From assembly GCA_030429585.1 (NCBI GenBank), contig JAUIEU010000001.1, positions 2,147,848 through 2,211,847 on the forward strand: a DNA stretch of 64,000 bases, given 5' to 3'. The notes under the pieces were generated by a model. That model saw only the letters and a list, made by a program, of their open reading frames with translations, did not search any database and had not been told where the DNA came from. The position numbers and the translations under genes were made by a program. Shown here piece by piece: positions 9,468 to 20,058 of this stretch. This DNA is from a bacterium. GTDB taxonomy: Bacteria > Cyanobacteriota > Vampirovibrionia > Vampirovibrionales > Vampirovibrionaceae. Numbering within the stretch: position 1 is the first letter of the stretch; each line of letters begins with the position of its first letter.

Positions 9468-11561
9468 TTATACAGCGGTGGCTTCGCCTTTAAATTTAGC
9501 CATAATGGGCTCGGCCACGTTGTTAGGCATGGGCTCGTAACAATCAAACTCCATGCTAAAGGTGCCACGGCCTTGGGTTTTACTACGGATATCCGTGGCA
9601 TAACCAAACATTTCGCCTAGCGGTACCATGGCCCGTACTTTTTGGGTTTCGGTGCCTTCAATGGGTTCCATGCCTTCAATTCGGCCCCGGCGAGCAGAGA
9701 TATCGCCAATAACATCGCCCATAAAGTCTTCTGGCACTTCCACTTCCACTTTCATCATAGGCTCAAGTAGTTGTGGCTTGGCGCGTTTAACACCATCTTT
9801 AAAGGCCATAGACCCAGCGATTTTAAAGGCCATCTCGTTACTATCCACATCGTGGTAGCTACCGTCGTACAGTGTTACACGTACGTCAATCAGCTCAAAG
9901 CCGGCAATAACGCCGCCTTTCATGGCTTCTTCAGCACCCTTGCCAACCGCAGGAATGTATTCTTTGGGGACGGTACCACCCACAATTTTGTTAATAAATT
10001 CGTAGCCACCGCCACGTTCCATGGGCTCCAGTTTAAGCCATACGTGACCGTATTGGCCCCGACCACCGGATTGCTTGATGTACTTACCTTCAACGTCCAC
10101 GGTTTCGGTAATGCTCTCACGGTAGGCGACTTGTGGTTTACCCACGTTGGCTTCCACGTTAAATTCACGCATCATCCGGTCAACCAGGATTTCCAAGTGA
10201 AGTTCGCCCATACCGGCAATAATGGTTTGGCCGCTTTCTTCATCGGTGCGCACCCGGAAGGTAGGATCTTCTTCCGCCAGTTTTTGTAGCGCAATACCCA
10301 GTTTTTCTTGGTCAGCCTTGGTTTTTGGCTCTACAGCAACTTCAATTACCGGCTCAGGGATGTGAATGGATTCCAGCACCACTTGACTGTTTTCCGCACA
10401 CAGGGTGTCGCCTGTGGTGGTGTCTTTTAAGCCAACCACGGCAAAAATATCGCCTGCGCGTACTTCAGGAATTTCCAAGCGATCGTTACTTTCCATCTGA
10501 ATCAGACGGCCAACACGCTCTTTCTTACCTTTGGTAGAGTTGGATACATAACTACCCGCAGGCAAGGTGCCACTGTAGCACCGGCAAAAGGTTAGGCGGC
10601 CCACAAAGGGGTCGGTGGCAATTTTAAAGGCCAAGGCGCTGAAGGGAGCATCATCATCGCTGGGGCGCTCTACTTCTTCACCATCTTTATCAATACCCTT
10701 AATGGCAGGTACATCTAGTGGGGAGGGCAGCAAGTCAACCACGGCATCCAGCATGAGCTGAACCCCTTTGTTTTTAAAGGCGCTACCGCAGCATACAGGC
10801 ACAATATCCACGTTACAGGTTGCCTTGCGAAGGGCGGCCACCAGGGCTTCTACGCTGGGCTCGGTACCCTCTAGATATTGTTCCATCAGGGCATCATCGT
10901 GCTCTACAATGGCTTCTACCAAAGCTTCACGAGCGGTTTTAGCTGCTTCCAGGTAATCCGCAGGCACGTCTTCTTCTTTAATATCGGTACCGATATCGTT
11001 GGTGTAGATGTGAGCCTTCATGGTGAGCAGGTCAATAATCCCGGTTAGGTTATCTTCCGCACCAATGGGGATTTGAATAGGGTGTGCGTTGGCACCCAAG
11101 CGTTGGCGAACTTGCTCTACCACGCGCATAAAGTTGGCACCCACGCGGTCCATTTTATTAACAAATACCATGCGGGGTACGTTGTAGCGGTTGGCTTGGC
11201 GCCATACGGTTTCCGACTGAGACTGAACACCGCCAACGGCGCAGAATACAGCCACCACGCCATCCAGTACACGCAAGCTGCGTTCCACTTCAATGGTAAA
11301 GTCAACGTGTCCAGGGGTATCAATAATGTTGATTTGGTGGTCGTTCCAGGTGGCGGTAATAGCCGCGCTGGTAATGGTAATACCACGCTCACGCTCTTGC
11401 TCCATCCAGTCGGTTACCGCGTTGCCGTCGTGTACTTCGCCAATTTTGTGGACTTTGCCGGTGTAATACAAAATCCGCTCGGTGGTGGTAGTCTTACCAG
11501 CATCGATGTGGGCAGCAATACCGATGTTACGGAATTTTTCGAGGGCGACTTTACGGGCCAT
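9468..11561 (-). CDS. fusA: Elongation factor G
   Basis: G-domain motifs '[15 protein letters not shown]', 'DTPGHVDF' and 'NKMDR' in a 697-aa protein, immediately downstream of rpsG. Confidence 0.95.
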   Translation of the reverse strand: MARKVALEKFRNIGIAAHIDAGKTTTTERILYYTGKVHKIGEVHDGNAVTDWMEQERERGITITSAAITATWNDHQINIIDTPGHVDFTIEVERSLRVLDGVVAVFCAVGGVQSQSETVWRQANRYNVPRMVFVNKMDRVGANFMRVVEQVRQRLGANAHPIQIPIGAEDNLTGIIDLLTMKAHIYTNDIGTDIKEEDVPADYLEAAKTAREALVEAIVEHDDALMEQYLEGTEPSVEALVAALRKATCNVDIVPVCCGSAFKNKGVQLMLDAVVDLLPSPLDVPAIKGIDKDGEEVERPSDDDAPFSALAFKIATDPFVGRLTFCRCYSGTLPAGSYVSNSTKGKKERVGRLIQMESNDRLEIPEVRAGDIFAVVGLKDTTTGDTLCAENSQVVLESIHIPEPVIEVAVEPKTKADQEKLGIALQKLAEEDPTFRVRTDEESGQTIIAGMGELHLEILVDRMMREFNVEANVGKPQVAYRESITETVDVEGKYIKQSGGRGQYGHVWLKLEPMERGGGYEFINKIVGGTVPKEYIPAVGKGAEEAMKGGVIAGFELIDVRVTLYDGSYHDVDSNEMAFKIAGSMAFKDGVKRAKPQLLEPMMKVEVEVPEDFMGDVIGDISARRGRIEGMEPIEGTETQKVRAMVPLGEMFGYATDIRSKTQGRGTFSMEFDCYEPMPNNVAEPIMAKFKGEATAV

Positions 11562-11779
11562 GATTAAGAATCCTTGTTCGTGTGTAAATGATTGAAAATC
11601 TTATTGGGCTTGGGTTTAGGCAATTAAAACGACGAAACCCTAAGCGAAAGGAAATTGTATCAAAAGGGCAGCCTAAAGCCAAAAAATAGGCTTTTTTCTG
11701 TGCGGCAGGTTGTGGCAGTAGCCAAACAAAACGCCCCCACCAGTTTGGTAGAGGCGTTTAAGTAAGCTCGTGGCCGTGT

Positions 11780-12253
11780 TTAGAAGCGGTAGTGGGCGAA
11801 AGCCTTGTTGGCTTCGGCCATTTTGTGCACTTCTTCACGCTTTTTTAGGGTGGCGCTGTTACCACGGTAGGTATCGAGTAGCTCAGAGGCTAGTTTTTCC
11901 ATCATGGTGCGGCCATTGCGGGCACGAGCATACAGGATGAGCCAACGAGAACAAATCGCTTCGCCATCTGCATCGTTCACTTCCATGGGTACCTGGTAGG
12001 TAGAACCCCCTACCCGACGGGCTTTTACTTTTACCAGTGGGCGGGCTTTGTCTAAGGCTTCTAGAAAGATTTCTAGGGGCTTAGCGCCATCGGCCTTGCC
12101 TTCCAGCATTTCCATAGCGCCGTAAACAATGCGCTCGGAAAGGGATTTTTTGCCTTTTAACATCAGGCGGTTAATAAACTTGGCCACGCGTACATTATCG
12201 TAAACGGAATCTGGGGCCGGAACGCGTTTTGGTGGCTTATGACGACGAGACAT
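11780..12253 (-). CDS. rpsG: 30S ribosomal protein S7
   Basis: 157-aa S7-like sequence placed between rpsL and fusA. Confidence 0.95.
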   Translation of the reverse strand: MSRRHKPPKRVPAPDSVYDNVRVAKFINRLMLKGKKSLSERIVYGAMEMLEGKADGAKPLEIFLEALDKARPLVKVKARRVGGSTYQVPMEVNDADGEAICSRWLILYARARNGRTMMEKLASELLDTYRGNSATLKKREEVHKMAEANKAFAHYRF

Positions 12254-12323
12254 GGTGTGGAATACTCCTTAAAAAATGGGGTGATGCGATTAAGTCGGTG
12301 GGAAAGATAAGAAGGGGCTAACG

Positions 12324-12704
12324 TTATTTAGCGGCTTTTTCTCTTTTTGCACCGTACTTGCTACGAGATTGTTTGCGGTCTTTAACGCCGGCAAAATCTA
12401 GGGTGCCGCGGATGTTGTGATACCGCACACCAGGTAAATCCTTAACCCGTCCACCACGAATCAGTACCACGCTGTGCTCTTGCAGGTTGTGACCAATGCC
12501 AGGGATGTAGGAGGTTACTTCAAACCCGTTGGTTAAGCGCACCCGGCAAACCTTACGAAGCGCCGAGTTTGGCTTTTTAGGGGTGGTGGTGTATACCCGG
12601 GTGCACACGCCGCGTTTTTGCGGGTTGCCTTGCATGGCCGGGGTATTGGTTTTTGTTTTGGCCTTTTTACGAGATTTTTTGACGAGCTGGGCGATTGTTG
12701 GCAC
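12324..12704 (-). CDS. rpsL: 30S ribosomal protein S12
   Basis: '[13 protein letters not shown]...' matches the S12 N-terminus. I set the start at GTG (12702-12704), preceded by GGAGA. The track ORF runs further 5' (to 12764) without support. Confidence 0.9.
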   Translation of the reverse strand: MPTIAQLVKKSRKKAKTKTNTPAMQGNPQKRGVCTRVYTTTPKKPNSALRKVCRVRLTNGFEVTSYIPGIGHNLQEHSVVLIRGGRVKDLPGVRYHNIRGTLDFAGVKDRKQSRSKYGAKREKAAK

Positions 12705-12787
12705 CGGCAGTCTCCTTAAAAGTGTAGGGATAATGAATAATTTTTTATAAGGGATACGATACAACTAGCAGGTAATCAAACCAAATA

Positions 12788-12808
12788 GGATGGCTGCGTT
12801 AGCCATCC
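12788..12808. promoter_or_regulatory. Perfect 8-bp inverted repeat (GGATGGCT-gcgtt-AGCCATCC) in the rpsL leader
   Basis: Read directly from the sequence, about 85 nt upstream of the rpsL start. Its function is unknown; it may be an autoregulatory or processing hairpin. Confidence 0.25.
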
Positions 12809-12910
12809 GTTCGCTAGGAGTTTAGTAGCGTAGGAAAGGTATTAAATAGCAAAGGCTAGGTTAGATCAAGTTATCCCTGCAAGCCACCTGCTTTTTTAAA
12901 CGGTGCTTGC

Positions 12911-13606
12911 TTAACTTTGTACTAACCCTTGGCGCATGGCAAGTACGGCGGCTTGGGTGCGGTCATCCACGCATAGCTTTTGCAAAATGCTGTGCACGTG
13001 GGCTTTGGCGGTGGCTTTGGTAATCACCAGGCGTTCTGCAATTTGGGGGTTGTTACACCCATCCACAATCAGGGTGAGTACTTCCATTTCGCGCGGGGTT
13101 AGGGGGCAATCAACGGGTGGGCTCGCGGGTTGGCTTGGTGCAGCTTCTGCTGGGGCGGCGCTGCCGGGTTGGCTTACCCGCTGTAACACTACTTTGGCAA
13201 TGGCGGGGTCTAGCCAGGCGGCCCCATCCGCCACACTACGAATAGCCGTGTACAGCGTGTTTTGTTCAATGCCTTTCATGCAGTAACCGTCAGCGCCAGC
13301 GCCTAGGGCGGCCATTACATCGGCTTCGTCATCTTTACTGGTTAGCATTAAAATGCGGGTTTCTGGGCAATCGGCCTTAATGCGCTGGGTGGCTTCAATG
13401 CCGTCTACTTCCGGTAGGCCAATATCCATCAAAATCACGTCAGGTTTTCCGCCGTCGCGTTTGGCTGCTAGTTCAATGGCTTCTTGCCCAGTGGTGGCCT
13501 CGCCGGTAATGGTAAAGCCTTCTTGCTGTTCTAGCAGTAGTTTAATGCCCATGCGAGTCATGGGGTGGTCTTCTACAATTAATATGTTTAAGGGGGTGTC
13601 GGCCAT
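12911..13606 (-). CDS. NarL/FixJ-family response regulator (REC domain plus LuxR-type HTH)
   Basis: 'LIVEDHPMTRMGI...VILMDIGLPEVDG' REC motifs and a C-terminal 'LTPREMEVLTLIVDGCNNPQIAERLVITKATAKAHV' HTH. No histidine kinase lies adjacent. Confidence 0.85.
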   Translation of the reverse strand: MADTPLNILIVEDHPMTRMGIKLLLEQQEGFTITGEATTGQEAIELAAKRDGGKPDVILMDIGLPEVDGIEATQRIKADCPETRILMLTSKDDEADVMAALGAGADGYCMKGIEQNTLYTAIRSVADGAAWLDPAIAKVVLQRVSQPGSAAPAEAAPSQPASPPVDCPLTPREMEVLTLIVDGCNNPQIAERLVITKATAKAHVHSILQKLCVDDRTQAAVLAMRQGLVQS

Positions 13607-14015
13607 GGGGGTGTGATTATCCTTCGCTAGAATGTGGCATGTGCGGGTATGCCTTGTTACCTACAACAAAGGCTGCCCGTTACAAGGTGCCTCTTAGTGT
13701 ACCAGACGAACCCATACTGTGGGAAAGTTCCCTGTGCCAACCTGCTATACCACGGCATTCTATCCTTTTCTGCTACTACTGTAACGAGGTGTAACGTGGT
13801 TTTTAACCAAAAACGCACCTGTTTCCATTCAGGAGGATTTAACTAATCACAGACCCACACCATAGGGCATAAGCCACTCTCCCCCTTCTCTTCACACACA
13901 GTAACTTATGGTACCGCCTTATGGTTTGTCTGCTCTCTCATCCCCGTTTGGGTCACTCAATAATCGTTAATTATTGACTCAAACGTTGTTCTCTCTCTAT
14001 CCGTATTTCCATCGT

Positions 14016-14052
14016 CTGCCCTCCCCCCCCTCCTCGGCAGGCGATTTTTTTT
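14016..14052 (+). terminator. Hairpin (ctgcc...ggcag around a poly-C loop) followed by a T8 run; terminator-like
   Basis: Read directly. It ends a ~400-bp pyrimidine-rich non-coding tract that has no convincing ORF. It could terminate an unannotated plus-strand small RNA. Confidence 0.3.
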
Positions 14053-14109
14053 GGTGCTATGTGGGCGCTGGAGAGGTTAAATAGGGTGCGTGTTACCTGT
14101 TTTTGGAAC

Positions 14110-14136
14110 TTGCTTGCCGTTGGAGCGGTCTATAAT
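14110..14136 (+). promoter_or_regulatory. Candidate sigma70-like promoter for the VWA gene (TTGCTT, 15-bp spacer, TATAAT)
   Basis: Hexamers read by eye about 40 nt upstream of the GTG start at 14174, which has a GGAAAGG SD. Confidence 0.25.
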
Positions 14137-14173
14137 AATAGAATAGCTGTATTGTTCCGCGGAAAGGCCTGCT

Positions 14174-14998
14174 GTGACCCAACGTTTTTTATTACCGTTA
14201 CTAATCGTCGTTGGCCTATTAATCAACATCTCAACAGGCTGGGCACAACCGGTGCCGGTACAGCAAGGTAATGTTCGGCAACATGCCGCCAGCGCTAGCC
14301 ACTATGGCCCAGAACAAGTCCTTATTATTTTGGATGCCAGCTATAGCATGACAGAATCGCTAACCCCAGGTGTGGCCAATGGCGAATCCAAAATGTCTGT
14401 GGCGAAACGCACTATTTTACAGGTGTTAAATCGGGTGCCCCCCAGCACCAATATTGGCTTGCGCGTGTATGGCGCCAGAACGGATAGACCCCGCTTTGCC
14501 TGCCAAGATAGCCATTTAGCCGTACCCATTGGCCCAAACCAGAGGTATCGCATTAGCAGTGCCTTGGCCCACATTCAGCCCAAGGGGGCCACGCCTATTA
14601 GCCACAGCCTAATTGCGGCAACGCAGAGCGATTTTATGAATCGCCCCGGCAAAAAAACCATTATTTTAGTTAGTGATGGCATAGAAACCTGCGGGCAAGA
14701 CCCCTGCAGTGTGGCCGTAAACATGCAGCGCCGCGGGGTGGATGTAAAAATTAGCGTGGTAGGCTTTGGTTTGCACGATTTGGCGGCCATGAATCAGCTA
14801 AAGTGCATTGCGCTCTCCACCTTTGGCCAGTTCCATTTGGCGAATACGGCGGCCCAACTGGCGGATCAACTTGGTCGCTCTATGGAGGTGAGCACGGAGG
14901 TTCAGGGGCGAATTGTAAAACCGCCTCCATCTGCCACGCCGGCGAGCCCGCCCCCTAAGGCGGTACCGGCCATTAAAGAGATGGAATACCGTATGTAG
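14174..14998 (+). CDS. Secreted von Willebrand factor A (VWA) domain protein
   Basis: Signal/TM 'LLPLLIVVGLLINIS' and 'VLIILDASYSM' VWA beta-strand-1 with a DxSxS-like metal-site context. C-terminal P/A-rich tail. Confidence 0.7.
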   Translation: MTQRFLLPLLIVVGLLINISTGWAQPVPVQQGNVRQHAASASHYGPEQVLIILDASYSMTESLTPGVANGESKMSVAKRTILQVLNRVPPSTNIGLRVYGARTDRPRFACQDSHLAVPIGPNQRYRISSALAHIQPKGATPISHSLIAATQSDFMNRPGKKTIILVSDGIETCGQDPCSVAVNMQRRGVDVKISVVGFGLHDLAAMNQLKCIALSTFGQFHLANTAAQLADQLGRSMEVSTEVQGRIVKPPPSATPASPPPKAVPAIKEMEYRM

Positions 14999-15052
14999 GC
15001 AGTGCGGTGGCCCGGTTTATGGTTGAATGGGCAGGGTTCGCCCTAAGATGAT

Positions 15053-15796
15053 TTGCCTGCCATGACCACCGCTACCCCTGTTACCCATGCTGCTGCCCCC
15101 GCCGTTACTGGCGAAGGGCGTGAGCACGATGTGGCGGGTATGTTTAACCGCATTGCTAAGCGCTACGACGTGTTGAACGATTGCATTAGCCTGGGCATGC
15201 ACCGGGGCTGGAAACGCGCTGCCGTTAAGGCCCTTAACCTGCAACCGGGCCAACAGGTGCTGGATGTGGCCACCGGCACTGGGGATTTGGTGCAGTATTT
15301 GCTACCGACCGTGGGCCCAACGGGCCAGGTAACTGGCGTGGATATTAGCGATGAAATGCTAAACGTGGCCCGCCAACGATTTGGCCAGCACACCAATACT
15401 ACCTTTACCCTAGGCAGTGCCATGGCGCTACCATTGGCGGATAACAGCGTGGATGGGGCTATTATTAGTTTTGGCCTGCGCAATGTAGATAATGTGCCCC
15501 AAGTATTGGCAGAATTGGCCCGCGTGGTTAAGCCCAGCGGCACCATTGTAAGCTTGGATACCGCCCCCGACCCGTGGCTACCCGGCTTTTGGTGGTACTT
15601 TAACTTGGTTATGCCCACTGTGGGTAAGCTAATTAGCGGCGATAATGCTGCCTACAAATACCTAGCCCAAAGCACCAAGGCCTTTGTTACCCCCCAGCAA
15701 CTACAAACCATGTTTGCCAATGCGGGTTTAAGCCACATTACCTGCCAACGCCTAGCCTTTGGTAGTGTGGCTGTTGTTAAGGGCGTCTGTAACTAA
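15053..15796 (+). CDS. ubiE: Demethylmenaquinone/ubiquinone C-methyltransferase (class I SAM methyltransferase, UbiE/MenG family)
   Basis: 'MFNRIAKRYDVLND', 'VLDVATGTGDL' and a 247-aa length. Confidence 0.85.
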   Translation: MPAMTTATPVTHAAAPAVTGEGREHDVAGMFNRIAKRYDVLNDCISLGMHRGWKRAAVKALNLQPGQQVLDVATGTGDLVQYLLPTVGPTGQVTGVDISDEMLNVARQRFGQHTNTTFTLGSAMALPLADNSVDGAIISFGLRNVDNVPQVLAELARVVKPSGTIVSLDTAPDPWLPGFWWYFNLVMPTVGKLISGDNAAYKYLAQSTKAFVTPQQLQTMFANAGLSHITCQRLAFGSVAVVKGVCN

Positions 15797-15803
15797 TTGT
15801 GCT

Positions 15804-16025
15804 TTATGCATAAATAGGTTGTTGCATTTTCCCAAATAGTTTAGTTGAAATGTTAAAATTTTGACCGTTTGCTTGAATTAGCAATTGATTGTCAGTTTTT
15901 CCAAGTACTGAGACCTTAGTGCCTTTAGGTAAAATAGTTGGAGTGGCGCTTCGGGCAAGTACCCCTTTTTTCATTTGATTAAATAGATGAGCAGGTCGGC
16001 TAGTAATAATTCTTGTCAGGTTCAT
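15804..16025 (-). CDS. Small hypothetical protein (73 aa) in a locally AT-rich patch
   Basis: ORF only. No recognisable motif. Confidence 0.3.
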   Translation of the reverse strand: MNLTRIITSRPAHLFNQMKKGVLARSATPTILPKGTKVSVLGKTDNQLLIQANGQNFNISTKLFGKMQQPIYA

Positions 16026-16136
16026 ATCCGAATCACTTTCTGTAAGGATTTTAATACTGTAACTCTATAATAATGGGTGTACTGTATCAATACGCCTCAA
16101 GCCAACATGTTGCTAGTGGCTGGTAACTATTGCGTC

Positions 16137-16175
16137 AAAATAAAAGGGCAAGCCGGTTGGGGTGGTGGCTTGCCC
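16137..16175 (-). terminator. Rho-independent terminator downstream of the 16228..17085 gene
   Basis: 9-bp perfect stem GGGCAAGCC...GGCTTGCCC, followed on the minus strand by TTTTATTTT. Confidence 0.55.
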
Positions 16176-16227
16176 GTCAGGGGGTATGCATGTGCCGCTA
16201 ACCGCAGCACGGTGTAATGTTTAGGGG

Positions 16228-17085
16228 TTAAGGGCTAACGTTGGTGTCTTCATCCACCTTAATGCTAATGCGGGTGCCGGTGGGTACCAGTACATCCTTG
16301 CCTTTGCGGGCCATGGCATACCCAATACCAGCCACGGCACCAATGCCGGTGCCCATAGCGGCTCCGGTACCGGCCACGCCAAGCAAACCGCCTACAGCTA
16401 CGCCAGTAACGGCACCAATACCGGTGCCTGCCGCTGCTGTGCCCACGCCTTTAGCAATATCCATTTTGTAGCTATCGCCACGCAGGCGGCCGGTGTTGTC
16501 TTCCGTGGTAATGTGGCCCTGTACGGGTATGGTGTTGCCGTTTGGGGTTTTTACTTCAAAAAACTGTACGCCTACTTCGCCGTGGCGGCCCATGTGGCGG
16601 GTGGGCACCACGCTGGTGACTTGGCCACGCACGTGGCTGCCAGCGGGCACAATAACGGTGCCGTTGGCCAGTAAGTCGTTATCCAAGGTGGCGGTAATAG
16701 CGTCGCCCACGCGACTGCTTTCGCTGCTGATGGGTTGGTCTAGCTTAACAATAATGTTAGTACCCTTAGGGATGGTGCTAACGCCCCCGCGCAGTGGGGT
16801 TTGGCTGTAGCTGCTGTAAGCCCCTGTGTTGGTGGAGCCATAACTCGTGGTGTTATACCCGGTGGTGCCGTAATTGGGGGTGCTGGTGGTGTTGTAGTAA
16901 GCACTGTTGCCGGTATCGTAGGCCACGGTGTTATTGCCAGCCGTGCTGGTTACGGTACTGGTGTTGTTTAGGGGCCGAATGCTCATATCTTCGGCATAAC
17001 TGGTGGGCAGTACCATGGCACTGGTTACCAGCAGGGTTAGGGATACAGCCAAAAAGCGGCGGGTGGTCGCAGTCATCAGCGTCAT
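16228..17085 (-). CDS. Secreted protein with an N/T/S/Y-rich linker, a VirB10/TrbI- or SAF-like beta domain and a C-terminal glycine-zipper segment
   Basis: Signal peptide 'FLAVSLTLLVTSAMV'; 'IPKGTNIIVKLDQPISSESSRVGDAITATLDNDLLANGTVIVPAGSHVRGQV'; glycine zipper 'GTGIGAVTGVAVGGLLGVAGTGAAMGTGIGAVAGIG'. The domain assignment is tentative. Confidence 0.5.
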   Translation of the reverse strand: MTLMTATTRRFLAVSLTLLVTSAMVLPTSYAEDMSIRPLNNTSTVTSTAGNNTVAYDTGNSAYYNTTSTPNYGTTGYNTTSYGSTNTGAYSSYSQTPLRGGVSTIPKGTNIIVKLDQPISSESSRVGDAITATLDNDLLANGTVIVPAGSHVRGQVTSVVPTRHMGRHGEVGVQFFEVKTPNGNTIPVQGHITTEDNTGRLRGDSYKMDIAKGVGTAAAGTGIGAVTGVAVGGLLGVAGTGAAMGTGIGAVAGIGYAMARKGKDVLVPTGTRISIKVDEDTNVSP

Positions 17086-17403
17086 AGGGAAGATCCTTAC
17101 TCTCTATAGATTAGGGGGATATAAATGTGTCTAACAGTGGGTACAGCGGTAATGGCAACAGCCCGGTAGCGTAGTGGGAGGGTGGGCTGTAGATGCTGTT
17201 TAGGGGTGGAATGTTCCAATAATGGGCGGGGCACTGTTGGGTGCATGGGCGCCAAAAATTCACAATCCGTTACATTATACGGGGAATCGAATGAAGAGGG
17301 AATAGGGATCGGGTAAAGGGTTTGCCGTGATTTTGCTATATAAAAAAATACCCCCAACCAATACTTGGCTGAGGGTATTTAAATATGGTTTTTTAGATTT
17401 AGC

Positions 17404-18480
17404 CTACAGCACGCCGCGGCGTTCTTGGTCGCGTTCGATGGATTTAAACAGGGCGCCAAAGTTGCCGTGGCCAAAGCCATCGTTGTTTTTGCGCTGAATA
17501 AACTCGTAGAAAATAGGCCCAAAAATATTTTTGGTGAAAATTTGCAGTAAGTAACCGCCTTCATCGCCATCTACCAGTACTTGGTGGCGCTTAATGTGGT
17601 CGCGGTCTTCGGTTACACCTTCCACGCGGTCGTAAATGGTGTCGTAGTATTCGTTGTCAATATCCAAGGTTTCTATGCCGCTACCTTCAAGGTTGTCTAG
17701 CGTGCCAAGCAAATTGCTGCTGTGCAAGGCAATGTGTTGGATGCCTTCGCCCTTGTACTCGCGGATATATTCTGCAATTTGAGATTTTTCTTCTTTGGCT
17801 TCGTTAATGGGGATGCAAAAGGTTTTGCAGGGCGATTGCAGGGCATCGCTTACCAAGCCGGTTTTGGTGCCGTTAATATCAAAATACTGGCGCAGGGTAA
17901 AGCCAAATATACCTTGGTAAAAACTGCTCCACACGTCTTTTTGGCCTTTGCCCACATTGTTGGTCAGGTGGTCAATAAACTCAAAGCCCATTTCTGGGTT
18001 TTTGGGCGGATTTTCCATGGGCTCAAAGCCGTGGCCTACACCGTTGCTTTGCGCTTGGTAGTTGTTTACAAAGTACACAGCACTGCCGCCCACGCCTAAA
18101 ATAGCAGGGTAGGGTAAATCGGTGCCGGGGTGGGGCTGGGCACCACGGGCAATAGCGGTTTTGTAGGCGGTTTCTGGGTCAGCAACTTCAAAGCCCATGC
18201 CGCAAGCGGTTTGGCCGTGCAGTTTAGCAAATTCTGCGCCAAACCCATCAGGCTTTTCGTTTAGCAAAAAGTTAACGCGTTGGCACTGCCAGTGGGTAAT
18301 GGTGTTATCGCTGGCACCAGCATAGGTACGCACTGGGGATAAACCTAGTTTTTTAAAGATGACTTTATAGGCGTCAGAATCTTGTCCAGCGTATTCTAAA
18401 AAGGCTAGGCCTTGTAAGCCGCATGGGTTAAGGTCGGTATCGTTGCTGGTTTCTGGCATAGGTGGTGTTGCCGTTGTCAT
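17404..18480 (-). CDS. hppD: 4-hydroxyphenylpyruvate dioxygenase
   Basis: Two VOC modules with 'GIQHIALHS' and His/Glu iron ligands. 358 aa. Confidence 0.9.
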   Translation of the reverse strand: MTTATPPMPETSNDTDLNPCGLQGLAFLEYAGQDSDAYKVIFKKLGLSPVRTYAGASDNTITHWQCQRVNFLLNEKPDGFGAEFAKLHGQTACGMGFEVADPETAYKTAIARGAQPHPGTDLPYPAILGVGGSAVYFVNNYQAQSNGVGHGFEPMENPPKNPEMGFEFIDHLTNNVGKGQKDVWSSFYQGIFGFTLRQYFDINGTKTGLVSDALQSPCKTFCIPINEAKEEKSQIAEYIREYKGEGIQHIALHSSNLLGTLDNLEGSGIETLDIDNEYYDTIYDRVEGVTEDRDHIKRHQVLVDGDEGGYLLQIFTKNIFGPIFYEFIQRKNNDGFGHGNFGALFKSIERDQERRGVL

Positions 18481-18556
18481 TAAGGTTACTCCCTGTAAAT
18501 TTGGTTAGCGGGCTAATGCCCTTACCATAACAAAAACGGGGCATAAACCGAATTTT

Positions 18557-20047
18557 CTATACTGATGCTTTAGTAGCCTTCACAGCATCGTAACCGGCTA
18601 GGGCGGTGTGGCGGCTTTCGGCTAAATCTACCATGGGGTGTGGGTAGGTATCGCCTAAGGTTACGCCAGCGTCTAGCAGTACTAACGGCGGGGCTTCCCA
18701 TGGGTTGTGGATAAATTTGCTAGGCACATTGGCTAGTTCGGGTACCCAATGGCGCACATACTCGCCGTCGGGGTCAAAGCGTTTGCCTTGGGTTACCGGG
18801 TTAAAAATTCTAAAGTAGGGCGAAGCATCCGCTCCACTGCCGGCCACCCATTGCCAGCCCATGGTGTTACTGGCTAAATCGGCATCTACCAGCGTATCCC
18901 AAAACCACTCGGCGCCGTGTTGCCAGTGGATACGGCAATTTTTAATCAGCAAACTACCCACAATCATGCGTACCCGGTTATGCATCCAGCCGGTATGCCA
19001 CAATTCGCGCATGCCGGCATCCACAATGGGTATGCCGGTTTGGCCCTGTTGCCAGCGCTTTAAGCGCTCGTTGCTTTCATCGTCGTCGGCCCAAGGGTAG
19101 GCATTAAAGGCAGGCTTTAGATTTTCGGTAGGTGTATTTGGAAAAGCACGCAGTAATTGGGCCGCAAACTCGCGCCAGGTAATTTCTTTAAGGTAGGTGG
19201 TTTCGTCATCGGTTAGCCGGGCGTTTTGCCCACGTTGTTTTTTGGCGTTGCTGTACACGGCATGCCATAAGGCCTGCACGCTAATGTCGCCAAAATGCAA
19301 ATGTGGCGATATTTTGGAGACCCCCGCCACCGCCGGCTTGTTGCGGTCGTCGTTATAGGTGGCAATACCCGTGTTTAAAAAATGATTAAATTGCTTCCAT
19401 GCGCCATCTTCGCCGGGTTGCCAGTGTTTGTAAAAGCCTTTGTCCCAATCCAGTGTTGGCAGCAGTTGCCAGTCTTCTAGCGCATCACTACTGGGGTAAT
19501 TATCTAGCGTGTGATAGGTGGGCTGGGTACTATCGGGTGGGTGAACCACCTGCCGGTTGCCGCTGGTGTGTTTCCAAAAGGGCGTATACACCTGATACGG
19601 CTTACCTTCTTTATTGGCCCAGTCATCGGGGTGGTACAGTGTTTGGGTGTGGATGCCTTCAACCTCTATGCCCGCATTCGTTAGCGTTTTTTCCACATCG
19701 CTGGCTTGGCTTAACGCCTCAGGTTCGTGGCAAATATCATAAATCAGTTTGATGCTACCCGTTTCTTTGGCCAGTTGCAGCAGCGTTTCTGCGGCATTAT
19801 CCGTTTGTTTTAGGGTTAGCTGTATGTGCCGCTGGGCATAACTATTGGCCAGCGATTGCACCGAATGATGAAACCACCACCGGCTGGCCGCCCCCATAGA
19901 AAACCTGCCCGATGCCGTAGGCGAGTGCAGCACCACGGGTACCACTGGTTGCCCCGTTTGTAAGGCGGCATATAGGGCAGCATTATGTTGTAGACGCAGG
20001 GTTTGCCGTACCCATAGCAAAATAGGGGTACTCGTGGGGTTAGGCAT
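18557..20047 (-). CDS. phr: Deoxyribodipyrimidine photolyase / cryptochrome-family protein
   Basis: 'DLASNTMGWQWVAGSGADASPYFRIFNPVTQGKRFDPDGEY' FAD-binding domain signature. Confidence 0.9.
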   Translation of the reverse strand: MPNPTSTPILLWVRQTLRLQHNAALYAALQTGQPVVPVVLHSPTASGRFSMGAASRWWFHHSVQSLANSYAQRHIQLTLKQTDNAAETLLQLAKETGSIKLIYDICHEPEALSQASDVEKTLTNAGIEVEGIHTQTLYHPDDWANKEGKPYQVYTPFWKHTSGNRQVVHPPDSTQPTYHTLDNYPSSDALEDWQLLPTLDWDKGFYKHWQPGEDGAWKQFNHFLNTGIATYNDDRNKPAVAGVSKISPHLHFGDISVQALWHAVYSNAKKQRGQNARLTDDETTYLKEITWREFAAQLLRAFPNTPTENLKPAFNAYPWADDDESNERLKRWQQGQTGIPIVDAGMRELWHTGWMHNRVRMIVGSLLIKNCRIHWQHGAEWFWDTLVDADLASNTMGWQWVAGSGADASPYFRIFNPVTQGKRFDPDGEYVRHWVPELANVPSKFIHNPWEAPPLVLLDAGVTLGDTYPHPMVDLAESRHTALAGYDAVKATKASV

Positions 20048-20058
20048 GGCGGTGAAGG

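Noticed and set aside
12860-12910. Possible terminator hairpin downstream of the response-regulator gene
   Set aside because: The stem (gcaagcacc / ggtggcttgc) has a bulge and no adjacent T-run on the relevant strand. Too weak.
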